A stretch of DNA of 64,000 bases from Lingula anatina (taxonomy: Eukaryota > Animalia > Brachiopoda). Under the pieces are notes generated by a model that saw only the letters and a program-made list of their open reading frames with translations, did not search any database and was not told where the DNA came from. The stretch spans positions 28,774,401 to 28,838,400 of the forward strand of contig CM120641.1 of the NCBI GenBank assembly GCA_051362555.1. The letters run 5' to 3'. Positions 50,501-62,233 of this stretch are shown here, in pieces. A program made the position numbers and the translations under genes. The first letter of the stretch is position 1; each line of letters opens with the position of its first letter.

Positions 50501-53500
50501 TCATATTTTAAAGTATTTAAAAGGATGCTCACAATGAAAGATTCTGATAGTTTTTAAATTTTATTTGAAACCTTTGCCATTATCCATAACGTTGATTACT
50601 CTTACACATGATGTTGATTACATTATTTTTTCTTAGGTAAGTTCTGTGTTATGGTTGCATTGTATAAACATGATTTGAGTCTGTTTTTCAACTTTGCCAT
50701 AAACTGTCTTAATTATAATAAACCTTTATTTTTGACAGGCGGGTCAGAATGCAGGCTCGAGTTCTTCCCTCCCCCTGAAATGTTTGTCTTGTGTCAGTAT
50801 ACTGCTTCGGGGATAGATCTACCCATAAAAGGCTTTTACCAGATGAAGGTATTTATTTGTTATTTATGTATCACGTCCCTGTTGATGTGCAAAAAAGATT
50901 TGGAACACTCTCACTGCCTAATCTTCATTTGAGAATGAGGGATATTAGTTTTGAAATGTTTTGAAAAGTGCACAGTTAATGATTAAAAAGAGAAAGAAAG
51001 AAGGAAAGATTAATAAAAGAGTGAATAAGACATACACATACACACATGAATGTCTAGAGTCAGTTCAAAAGAGAGCCTTGAGAATTATTCGCCCTGGTCA
51101 CAGTTATGATTATGCCTTAAAAGTTTGTAAAATTGACACCCTAGACAAACGTAGACATTTGCTGTGTCAGAGGTTTTATACAAAATTATAAAATTGTGAA
51201 AAGTTGGGTCATTTATTGCTTAAACACTTGTCCTTTACAAAACAACACCAAATTTTTACAACCAAAAGTGAAAAACAGAAAAATTCCTTTATTGATTATT
51301 GCCTCTTTAATTTGTAGTCATTTATGAACACCTTTTTATGAATTTGTAGTATTTTAGGAATAATTTATTGTTTTATAATTTAAAGTTAATTGTCAATTTT
51401 CTCTTAAACATACTTTGTACAACTTCAACCTTAGGGTTGCAATTTCACCTAATAAATTATTGTTATTAATATTATTATTATCATTATTGTTATTATTATT
51501 ATTATATTGTTATGCACACAGGTTTTTTTCAGTGTCATTGAAATCTATAAGGTCTTTCAGCTTAAAAAACAGTTTCTTTTTGTTTTATTCTTTAATTTAG
51601 CTCAATATTATATATATTTTGTAGCAGGTAATGTCTTGATTTTTTTCATTAGGGAGATTTGTTTAAAGCTGATTTGCTGCTGCAGCTAAAACTTAAAGAA
51701 CATGTCAAGAATACATTCCAGTACTGTTTTGTTCAACTTCCATTTTATAATAGGTATGTACTAGTGTTGTGTGTTAACTAACCATAGGGAGACAACTTTA
51801 TCCCTCATTTTTTTCAGTATTTATTATTCTTAATTAATTAGTTGTTTTCTGAAAATTAAGTATTTGGTGATAGATTGCAGTATGTATGTCTTTGCCAGCA
51901 ATGGAGCTTGATTATCAAAAAGTGCCGTGAGCTGCTGAGACTGTAGGACAAGTTGTTAATAAGAAAAAGCCTAACAACAAGACTGCTCAAGCACTCAGTT
52001 GCTTGGGAATATTTCCTAAATTAGAGGTAAATTTCATTAATGAGTCATTTTTGTCGTTTCATTTCCTTTCAACTTTTTAAAAAACTTTGTCATTTTTCAT
52101 GCCTTGTTTTTATTCTTCAGCATTTTTTATGTACAGACACAGATGTATCTGGACATATAGCCCTCACCTGTGTCTGTCATCGCTGTCGTTGCCATTGCCA
52201 TGCACTTTCACCAATAACACAATAAGTGGAAAACCCTTTAACCTTTTAGCTTTATACTTACAATACTAATGAATATTCATAATACACAGGAGTTTGAAAA
52301 TCAGCATGATCAGGCCTTTTTTTTCAAGTTATACAGTTTTTTGTTATATTTTAATTTTTCACATATTAGGATTTAATGTTTGACTTTGAACTTTCATGGG
52401 CTTGAAGACCTTTGTTTATCACATTTTTGAATATCCATGATACTTTTATTTTATTATTAAAAATTGATAGTCAATATACTGTTAAGCATTATGTAATATT
52501 GTTTCAAAATTGAAGAAAAACCTACTTCGTGCACTGCCACCACAAACGTTATGAAAAGAAAACTGTGTTACTTATAATTTTTTAAACTTACGAGAATGAT
52601 TCTAAAGATTGACATATAGCTCAAATTAGAAAACCAGCTTATGCAAATTTTTGTGAAATTTTCTTTTTTCTAATTCTGGCATTTTGTAAGTGTGAACTAG
52701 AACTGAACGGTAATCAAATTTTCTAAATGTCCATGTTATTTATAGTAGATAATTAAAAATTGGTGGTAACAATACTGTTAATCAATATATATTATTGCAT
52801 CAAAATTGACAAAAAAAAAAAAAAAAAAAAAAACTAAACTACTTTGTGCACTGCCACAACAAACGTTATGAAAAGAAAACTGTGTTGCTTATAATTTTTT
52901 AACTTACAAGAATGATTCTTAGGATTGACATATGGTTCAAATTAGAAAACCAGCTTATGAATTTTTTTGTGAAATTTTCATTTTTTTTTCCTTCTGGCAT
53001 TTTCTGAGTGTGAACTTGAACTCTCATGGGCCTGTAGCCTTATGCTTTTACTTACATCAGTATTACCTGTTGTGCTTAATTAAATTTTGATGTTGATTTT
53101 TCAGTTAAGCATAATGTATTGTTGCGTCAGAATTGATAGTATCCTGTTTTATGTATTATTTTTTCTGTTTTGGTGCCTTGCGGAATACAGTAACGTTCCA
53201 TTATAGTATGTAGTGCATTTTTTTGGTTGATGTTTCTTTACCAGTGGTGAAATACATTTAGGATTAAAAATCATTAAGTTAATTTTTCTTTTCACACATA
53301 ATACTTCATTTTCATACCTTTCTTCAAGAGCTTTTTCCAATGAACCTCCTCACTGCCAACATCTTTCTTGCCCTTGTCTGGATTTTTCTGAGCAGAAGGG
53401 CTACTGTTTTCTTTTTACCTGTCAGAACCATGCTCACCAGACTTCTCCTGCGGCTCCATCTTAGAGCAATTGTTACATCTGTGCCTTAGTTATGCTTCTT

Positions 53501-56500
53501 TATTCATGAGTAACTTGCAAGATTTTTTGAAACTTAACAAACAGTGCTAGAGATGAAAGCTGACAATTTCGGATGAGGTTGTCCAAAATTTAAATACAGA
53601 ACTAAAAAAAAACATATTATTTTCTAAACAGTTCTGGATAGGGTATACCTTGGTCATTATGAGAAAACTCTTGAAGTTTCTTGAAAAATGAATTTTTTAT
53701 TTTGCCATATTAAGCTCTTAGTGCACATTGTTTGCCTTTAAAATATATGAAATCATTGTCAGTTTTCAAAACCCATCAAATGTTTTAATCTTTTACGGAA
53801 TGATGTTCCACACAGTCCATAAATGAAAAAATTAATTGACGAGTTGAGACTTGTTAGAAAAAATCCCATTGGTTTTATCCAGTGTCCAATGAGTACAATC
53901 CTCTCAAACTGTCCAGGTATCTGCTCTACAAGAACAAAAGTGGAGGATGTAAAACTAATAGGTAGCACAGCTAGTACATAAAATGTTATCAGTAACACCA
54001 CCATTTTTACTATCTGGCTACAGTGATCACAACTGTTCATTGTCAGTCGCATTTTAGCTTGTCTCCTCAAGGACTTAATGAGCTTCATGTAAAGATTGAG
54101 CATGAATCCAGTTAGTAAAGCGTTGATAATGAAAGGAAACACTCTGCGGTAAATAATCTTGTAAACAATGGCCCAGTCCTTGAATTGAAAAATTAGGCAG
54201 AAGTCATTCGAGCTGTGTTCACAAGGAAGAAATCCAATAAATTTAGTATCGAAAAACATTGGAAGTTGATATAAAGCGATCACTGTCAGTAATACATAGG
54301 TCCGCCATCGCCATTTTGTTACCTTTCGAAACTCAATGCTTTTTGTAGGTTTGGTAATTGCAAGATAACGGTCGAATGCCACAAAAACTAGCAGACAAAG
54401 GGAAGAAAGTCTCGCAAACAGCATGATTGGCCAAATATAAACAGTGGTCGTCTGCATTGCAACAAAGAACCAGTCAATCCATCCCAAATAAACGTGCAGA
54501 GCAGGTAGATTGATGGAAAATATTGCTGTGATTAAAAAGACGTTATCCATGATGGCAGTCCAGGATAGTAGATAATCAGTGGATACATTTGCTCTCTCCT
54601 TGAAAAATACTATAAAAGACAGAGTGTTACAAATTATTCCCAGTAGGCTGACGACCAGTGATGCAAATCCTAGAACAACAGTGAGGTACAAGTTTAAGGC
54701 TGTTTGGTGAGAGGTGGTGCTGCTCACCAGTGTACTGTTCAACATATTTGTTGTTGAATTCAATTCATCGAATTTGTCAGAAAAAGCTTCCATAATGAAT
54801 CAATGTGTAGTTGAAAATAAGCTATTGAACAAATAAGAGCCTGTTTGAATGATGACGATACTCATGAAGTCGGGCCTTTATATCAGAGAATTTGGCCTGG
54901 TCCATAACCAATCAGAGAACAGAATGTACCTTATTTGATTTTGACAGTAACAAGGATTCCAATTTCGCTTGACACATGCATGGATGATAGGATATAAAAT
55001 GATATAGAAGCAGACAATGGCAATGGAAATGTGGAAGAGTAACAAAATCTCAGCTTTAACCAGTGTGACAAAGGACCACGCATAGAATAATGAAAATGAA
55101 GAAAATATGTAATGAAAAGGAGTGTGTCTTATTGAAACAATAAAGAAATGGATACCCGGTCTATTCGTGTCACCTTATTGACTGAAGAAAAACTCTTTTG
55201 TTCTACCATCACTTTAGTTCTATTCATACCTTTTGAGAAAGCTGATTTCAGAAACAATATATGGATCCACCTCATCTTTTTTTCTAAAAATATGTTGTTG
55301 TGCAACTGAAGTTAAATAAGGACAAACACTGACTCATCAACTTTGTTTTTATTGTAACATTTACAAAGTTGACATTTAAGATGGGAGATTTGCCAAATTT
55401 TTTCCTTTGATTATTTCTTATTTTTATGTACAGACACAGATGTGTCTGTACATATTGCCATCACCTGCGTCTGTCGTCGCCGTCCCTGTCGCCGTCCCTG
55501 TCGCCGTCGATGTCGCCGTCGCCGTGCACTTTCATCGTTAACACGATAAGTGGAAGACAGTTTTACTTTTTGGCTTTATATTTACAGAGCTGATGAATAT
55601 TCATAAAACGCAGGTCAAGTTCGAAAATCAGCATGTTTGGGCAATTATTGTAGTATTTATGCTGTGTTTTCACTTTTTAGCATATATGCAACACTGTTAA
55701 CACATTTTAAGGAAAACCGATAGGCCTGTTGTCATGAAACTCACAGGAGTAATTAATCTTACTAAAATGCAGATCAAGTTCGAAAATTGGCATGATCGGG
55801 CCACTATTTTAGTAGTTATGCTGTTTTTTTCACTTTTCAGCATATGTGCAACACTGTTAACACATTTCAAGGAAAACCGATAGACCTGTTGTCATGAAAC
55901 TCACAGGAGTAATCAATCTTACTAAAATGCAGGTCAAGTTCGAAAATCAGCATAATCGGGGCATTATTTTATAAGTTATGCTGTTTTTAAACATTTCCTC
56001 AGATTCAATACTTAAGCATGTTAACAGTCTCATTATTTAACTAATAAGATTCGTAAAAGTGTTTGTTTGACATTTCCTGCATCTTTACAACATTGTTAGT
56101 TGATTATGTAAAAATGATGGTAAACTTGTTATCATGTATTGTATAATAGAGTTTCAAAAATGGAAATAAATTCATATCATTGCAGTTTGTCAGATTCATT
56201 CATTCACTATGTTCAGAAACTCAGAATGGAGGAAATTGGACATTAAACACTGTTCTATTGATATTTTTCCCATCTCATCAATTTTCTTAGTTGATCATAT
56301 ATAAATGGCAGTAAATTGTTAATTTTGTTATGTGTTAAAAAATTGTTAAAAATGGAAAAAAAAACATTTCAGGACAGTGCTGTCTTGTCTACATTTTGGC
56401 ATTTTCAAGGTGTGACTTTGAAGTTCCTTTGGCCTGAAGACCTTTGCTAGGAACATTTTCTGAATATCCATGATACTAATATTTTATTATTAAAAATTGA

Positions 56501-59500
56501 TGGTAATTATCCTGTTAAACATTATGTAATAGTGCATCAAAATTTGAAGACACCCCTATTTTGGACACTGCTCCCATGATGACCATTTAAGGAAAACCAT
56601 GTCACTTACTGTTCTCAAACTTACAAGAAGAAACATGGGACTTAAATAAAGCTTCAGTGGGCAATGCAGACTATTTGGTAATTTTTTTTGGCAGTTAATC
56701 AGCTTTTTGTGAAAATTTAATTTTTCACATATTGGCATTTTCAAGGTGTGACTTAGAACCTCCACGGGCTTGAAGACCCATGCTAGTCACATTTTCTGAA
56801 AATCCACGATACGGATCTTTTATTATAAAAAACTGATGGTCATTATGCTGTTAAGCATTATGTAATATTGCATTAAAATAGAAGAAAACACAATTTTGGG
56901 TGCTGCTGCCATGATGACCATTATGGGAAAACCATGTTACTTATGAGTGTCAAACTTTCAAAAAAGAAACAAAGGACTAAAATGCAGCCTGAGTTGGAAA
57001 AGCAGTCTAATTGGCTTCTTTTTCTGGAAGTTATACATTTTAGTGAAATATTCATTTTTATCATGTTGGCATATTCATTGTGGGACTCGAAGCTCCCATG
57101 GACATGAAGCCAAATGGTAATCAAATTTTCTTCATGTCCATGCTATTTGTAGTCAATTAACAAAAATTGGTGATAATTATTCTGTAATTTATTATGTAAT
57201 GTTACATCAAAATTGACAAAAATCTTTTTGCACTGCTACTACAAACATTATGAAAAGAAAACTATGTTACTTATTATTATTTTCAACTTACAAGTACGAT
57301 TTGTAGGATTGGCATGCAGTTCAAATTAGAAAGCCAGCTCAAATGGGTTATCATTTATTATTGAATTTAAGCAGTTTTATGTGAAATTTTCATTTTTCTC
57401 ATTCTGGCATTTTCAAAGTGTGAACTTAAACTCCCATGGGCCTGAATCCTTACGCTTGTTACACATTTCACTTACATTGGTATTACCTGTTGAGCATAAT
57501 TAAAATTTGATGTTGAATTTGCAGTTAAGCATAATGTACTTTTGCATCAGAATTGACAGTAGCCTGTTTTGTGCATTGTTATTGTCTGCTTTTTGTCTGT
57601 ACATTTGACAGCTTTGCTGCCTTGTTCCTTGTTATAAATGAAAACGAAGACAAAAAAATTTGTTTTGATCACATATAATGACGTCTTCAGTGTCATTGTG
57701 ACAGAATTCCTCAATCCAATTCATCAGTACAGCATCACTAAATACATGGTTTATCTTAAAAAAAAAAAAAAAAAACTACTCAATGCAGTATTTATATATG
57801 CATATTTTCCAAATTATTAAATATTAAAGTGTGACATGCCCCACAAAAGAAAATAACTTCAATTTGTAGTCACAGCAGTGGTCACTGTGACCTTCTCTTG
57901 CTGCCACCACAGCTGTCAAGAGGGAGGGGTGTCAGTTTCTTAGAATTTGGTTTGAAAGAACGTACTCATTCCAAGCATTGTTCAAAACTTATCTGAGCTG
58001 GTTGTCAGGTAGTCTGTGACATGAACCACTGGCCTGACTGCCAATTCCAGTAAAAAATCAAACCTTGCCATTGAAATTTCTTGAAAACAGTAAGTTACTG
58101 GCATGACCAGGCTAGTGGCTTTTTTCAACTGTAACATGTAGTCCATTTCATTTTATAAATGTTCAAACCAAATGTTAAAATCTTTTAATTTTAAGAAACT
58201 TAAAAAAATGTTTTTATTTATATTTGTAATAGGAAGCCTGTTTAATCTCAGTGTGTTAATTAATGAATTTTTTTTTTGTGAAAAAATTGGACTTGGGCAA
58301 GTGAATTTTGGTTTAGGCCAGTAGATTGTCTGACCCTGGTGGTCCAGATGTCCTGTTAGTTGAAAAGTATTTGGCACAGACTGCATAGGACCATAGACAT
58401 GATACAGTGAGTAATAAATGCCCATAGATTTTTTTATAGGGTTCAGATCCAGTAATCTTGATGGCTAGGGTAGTTGCCCAGTCCCTAGTGCTCTGTTGTG
58501 CTGGGCATTGTCATCTTGCAAAATAAGTGTTCTTTAGGTGCCCTGTGACAATTGGGAGGCAGGTGATTTCCAGAATCTTCCTGTATTTGATTTGGTATAG
58601 GTTTCCATCAATCACTACCAATGTCTTTTTATGTAGAGACATAAATGTGTCTGTACATATAGTCATCACCTGTGTCTGTCATCACCGTCGTTGCTGTGCA
58701 TTTTCAGCGATAACACGATAAGTAAAAAAACATTTTACTTTTTATCTTCAAACTTACAGAACTGATGAATATTGACAAAATGCAGGTCAAATTCTAAAAT
58801 GAGTATGATCGGGCCTATTTATTTAAAGGTTATGCTGTTTTTTCCTATTTTTTCAGCTTATATGCAACACTGCAACACATTTGAAGGAAAACTGATAGGC
58901 CTATTGTCTTGATACTCACAGGAATGATAAATCTTTCTTAACTACAGGTTGAGTTCAAAAATCAGCTTGATCAGCCATTTTTTCAAAAGTTGTGCTGCTT
59001 TTTGGCTTTTTTCAGCACATATGCAATACTGAAAACCGATAGACCTATTGTCTGGTCAAGTTAAAAAATAAGCTTGATTGGTTCAGTTTTAATGAAGTTA
59101 TGCCTTTTGGTATATAAGTGTTTTTTTTTCTCACATTCAATTTTTAGGCATGTTAACAGTCTCATAATTGAACTAATAAGATATGTAAAAGTGTTCTTTT
59201 GACATTTTCTGCATTTTATCAATATTGTTATTTGATTATGTAAAAATGAAAGGAAAACCATGTTACTTATGTTGTCAAACTTACAGAAAAGAAACAGAAC
59301 TAAAATGCAGCCTGAGTTGGAAAAGCAGACTAATTGGCCTCTTTTTCTGGAAGTTATACTTTTTTTGTGAAATTTTCACTTTTAACATATTGGCATTTAC
59401 AGTGTGGGACTTGGAATTCACATGGGCATTAAGCCGAATCATGGTAATCAAATTTCCTAAATGTCCATGTTATGTATAGTAGATAGTTGAAAATTGTGGG

Positions 59501-62233
59501 TAATTTTATTGTGAATCATTATGTAATATTGCATCAAAATTGACAAAAACCTACTTTGTGCTCTGCCACCGCAAACGTTATGAAAAAAAATGTTACTTAT
59601 TATTTTTTAACTTACAAGAATGATTATTAGGATTGACATACATGTACAGCTCAAATTAGAAAAACAGCTCGATTGGATTCTTATTTTTTCTTGAATTTAT
59701 GCAATTTTTGTGAAATTTGTATTAAGGAGAAATTGTTTCCTAACATCTTGATACTCTCCTTTTTTACCTGCACAGGAAAAATGGGAGTCCACATGCTTGG
59801 AATATCTTTACTGTACAGGTGCTTGTTCATCCTTCTTGCATTTCCACACATACCAGTATCACTACTGTCAAACAGCTTTCACAATATTTGGTGCCCCGTT
59901 TGTATGACATGACAGCTTGACATGTAACTACCAAACCATATTTTTAAACCATATTTTTGTTTAACTTCAAATTTACATTGTTTGACAAAGAGACAGCCTT
60001 CTTTTGGAAACCGCATGACAGAACTACTTTTACGGTAAATATTAATTTTTTGAGTGTATATTATTGATGTTTCTTCCTTTTTGGTGTCTGTATATTTGCC
60101 AGCCTTGCTGTCTTGTTTTGATTGACTTCAGAAATGTGACTGTTCCTGTTTTTTTTTTTTTGCAGGGGATTAATAGTGAATCAAGATTGCACAGCCAGTC
60201 ATGGCAGTGTCAGTGTATCACCCAGTGATGGCAGGACACTTGTGTGGAATGTAGGTTAGTATACATCTGAGACCATGTTCAAATTAAATATTTCTTACTT
60301 TTGGACTGGAGGTAGACAGAAATCCACTAATTAATGTAAATAGATTGCCTACAATTGTAACATTGGTCCAACCTTATTTTCTCCAGGTCAGAAATTTCCC
60401 AGCAAAACACTGGAAGTGTCCCTGAAGGCAGCACTTCTATTTGACAAGGCTGGTTCTATTAGCAAGGGGTTGTATGATGATCCTTTTTGCGTGGGCCAAA
60501 ATGCATATGCACAGGTAAAACAATGGACTTCATGAAATAAATTGAAGGCAACTGCAAAGGTTTTTTAATTGTAAAATATTGCAGTACTTGGATTTAAAAA
60601 CTTTGTAGTGGTTTACCAGGCAAAACTCAATGGATAATAAGTCTACAAAATGTTGTATTCTTATTTTTATGACCAGTTTTGTGCCAATGTTTTATTTCAT
60701 AAGTTACAGATTATCCCAGAAAATGATTCCAGTATTTTGATATATAGCATTACTGTATTTTACAAGTGCCAAATTGTACATTACTGTGTGTGTGTGTGTG
60801 TGTGTGTTGAAATTTTGCATACCCACCTTCCAAAATCTGCAGAACTTGAACCAATGCTGCATTTTATGATATTAAGCAACTGTATCATGGAAAGTAGAGG
60901 TTCATTCCATGCTTGAATTCTTTTATTTTATAGGACTGTTTCAAACAAAACTCAGATAAATCTGTTCTCAAATGTCAAATTTTAGGTTTATTTCAAAATG
61001 ACAGAATACACACAAACTGGTAGCATGATTGAACCAAAGACTGTGCAGGTCTCTCCGGCGGCTAAAGTGAAGGTTACTGTAGGTAAGGACACATGTGCTT
61101 CTTGTCTTCCATGGCCTTTCAAAAGATACACTCTTTCTCATAAGTTATTATACTGTGATACAGATGCATTGCCTTCTGTGGACCATAGTACTTTATTAGA
61201 TGTGCAAACTGAATATGAGATATGGAAAATATACAAGATTAAAGGGATAATAACTCTTCGTTTTGGCCAAAAAATAAATTTTCCTGAAGTAAACAACAAT
61301 TTTCCCATATTTACCAATGGATAATGAATCCATTTTTACATACAAAGTTAGACCCTGTTTTTTTTCTAAAAAGTTTGTTTTTTTGTTATAATGTCTCAAG
61401 AGATTATAAGAGAGTATAGCCATCGATGGAGGTCACGTGGTCTAAAGACAAGCTCATGATATCAGAATAATAGCTATAACTGCCGATTTTGTGGTACAAC
61501 GGACTATATTGTATTTCTATGAGTTGTTCACAATGTTTTTATCATGAAATATAGATCTCATACTAAGAGTTATTATCCCTTTAATTGACAGTCGAGTCAT
61601 GACACAGCAGAGTATTTCATTATATATCAGTCTGTGCCAAAGCCCTTTCGCCTATAGTCCAAAGCAAAAACAGTAGTCAGTAACAAAAGGCTGGACTTCA
61701 GTTTTACTTCCCCATTAGGCCTTGGGACAGAGGTTTATGCTCCAATTTCTATTATTAAACATATACACCTGTATATAATATTTAAACCTTTGTAAATTTT
61801 CTGTAAAAATTGAGAATTTCAGTTTTTACATGTGATATGTCTTGTGTTTGTAAATTAATGTCTAAATTCATACATGAACTTTTGTGTATGTACATGTGTT
61901 TACACATTATTTGGAAAGATCTTAATAGTCTACAAATTTATTTCGAATGAATAATTTTAAGCATGTAATAATGAACATATAAAACTGTATTATGTAAACA
62001 TGTAGTTAAGATTTTTAAATATGTATCAGTAATATGGGAGTGTATTGAGCTTAATATGGGCCCAACAATGACTTATATAGAAAGGAAAAAATGTCATAGC
62101 CAGACCCAACAGCCTAAAAGGCTCATATTCTGTAAATTCTGTTTCAGTGCGTGAGTACTTGGCATCTGACTACAAGATATGGAATTCGCACGGAGATGCT
62201 CAAATGACATTTGCTCCTACTTTACCAAGCTGA
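42245..62233 (+). CDS. AP5M1: AP-5 complex subunit mu-1 (488 aa, 14 coding exons)
   Basis: Exons 42245-42324, 43452-43581, 44175-44276, 44900-44973, 45718-45799, 46578-46709, 48501-48581, 49264-49438, 50739-50848, 51653-51753, 60166-60254, 60387-60514, 60986-61082, 62148-62233; 1467 nt, phase-consistent. Blocks recognisable from AP5M1/MUDENG: FSRIFPSVEKRA, SRDSC, IWPV, CVPLVE, APFGTP, KQPAW..YKGKP, PIKGFYQMK, PFYNRG, WNVGQKFP, SDYKIWNS. Confidence 0.95.
42542..42586. repeat. Poly-G tract with G-quadruplex potential in AP5M1 intron 1
   Basis: Four long G runs separated by single A residues. Confidence 0.85.
43621..43697. repeat. (CA)n microsatellite
   Basis: Seen directly. Confidence 0.95.
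44340..44701. mobile_element. MITE
   Basis: TIRs CAGACATGCTGAAA / TTTCAGCATGTCTG, with AGAGAG on both flanks. Confidence 0.8.
46177..46423. mobile_element. Inverted-repeat element (MITE-like)
   Basis: TCTTCATCAGGGAACGAGGCTATCCAG pairs imperfectly with CTGGATAGCCTCATTTCCCAATGAAGA. Confidence 0.55.
46762..46926. mobile_element. MITE
   Basis: Ends CAGGCCCGTAGCC / GGCTACAGGCCT in a TATAT context. Confidence 0.55.
47761..47900. repeat. Exact 70-bp tandem duplication
   Basis: 47761-47830 is identical to 47831-47900. Confidence 0.9.
51046..51510 (+). mobile_element. 5'-truncated CR1/L2-type LINE 3' end
   Basis: Translation ECLESVQKRALRIIRPGHSYDYALKVCKIDTLDKRR matches the post-RT C-terminal pattern of CR1/L2 ORF2. 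The segment ends with AATAAA and a (TTA)n tail. Confidence 0.75.
52123..53175 (+). mobile_element. Helentron/HINE-like non-autonomous element, copy A (3' terminus missing)
   Basis: Starts TTTTTTATGTACAGACACAGATGTATCTGGACATA (5' hairpin) plus a decayed GTCGCC microsatellite and internal tandem units. Similarity to copy B stops just before the terminal GTCTGTACAT plus palindrome. Confidence 0.65.
53759..54793 (-). CDS. Intronless rhodopsin-class GPCR (FMRFamide-receptor-like / Srw-type), nested in AP5M1 intron 10
   Basis: 344-aa intact ORF with seven hydrophobic segments, N-terminal N-glycosylation sequons (NST), GIICN in TM1, AFDRYLAI after TM3 and LNSSINFFIY in TM7. Minus-strand TATAAA at 54882-54877. 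Confidence 0.92.
   Translation of the reverse strand: MEAFSDKFDELNSTTNMLNSTLVSSTTSHQTALNLYLTVVLGFASLVVSLLGIICNTLSFIVFFKERANVSTDYLLSWTAIMDNVFLITAIFSINLPALHVYLGWIDWFFVAMQTTTVYIWPIMLFARLSSLCLLVFVAFDRYLAITKPTKSIEFRKVTKWRWRTYVLLTVIALYQLPMFFDTKFIGFLPCEHSSNDFCLIFQFKDWAIVYKIIYRRVFPFIINALLTGFMLNLYMKLIKSLRRQAKMRLTMNSCDHCSQIVKMVVLLITFYVLAVLPISFTSSTFVLVEQIPGQFERIVLIGHWIKPMGFFLTSLNSSINFFIYGLCGTSFRKRLKHLMGFEN
55421..57626 (+). mobile_element. Helentron/HINE-like element, copy B (both ends present)
   Basis: 5' perfect hairpin TATGTACAGACACA-GA-TGTGTCTGTACATA, (GTCGCC)n, ~160-bp internal tandem repeats (GCAGGTCAAGTTCGAAAATCAGCAT-type motif at ~55610, 55769, 55929), and 3' subterminal GTCTGTACAT followed by a short palindrome (CAGC-TTT-GCTG) and TTGTT. 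Confidence 0.7.
58626..60116 (+). mobile_element. Helentron/HINE-like element, copy C
   Basis: Same 5' hairpin (degenerate) and internal units. 3' end GTCTGTATATTTGCCAGCCTTGCTGTCTTGTT. Confidence 0.65.
60786..60807. repeat. (TG)n microsatellite
   Basis: Seen directly. Confidence 0.9.

Noticed and set aside
55580-57600. Regularly spaced repeats as a CRISPR-like array
   Set aside because: Eukaryotic context, and whole ~160-bp units repeat with no unique spacers; these are internal tandem repeats of a transposon.
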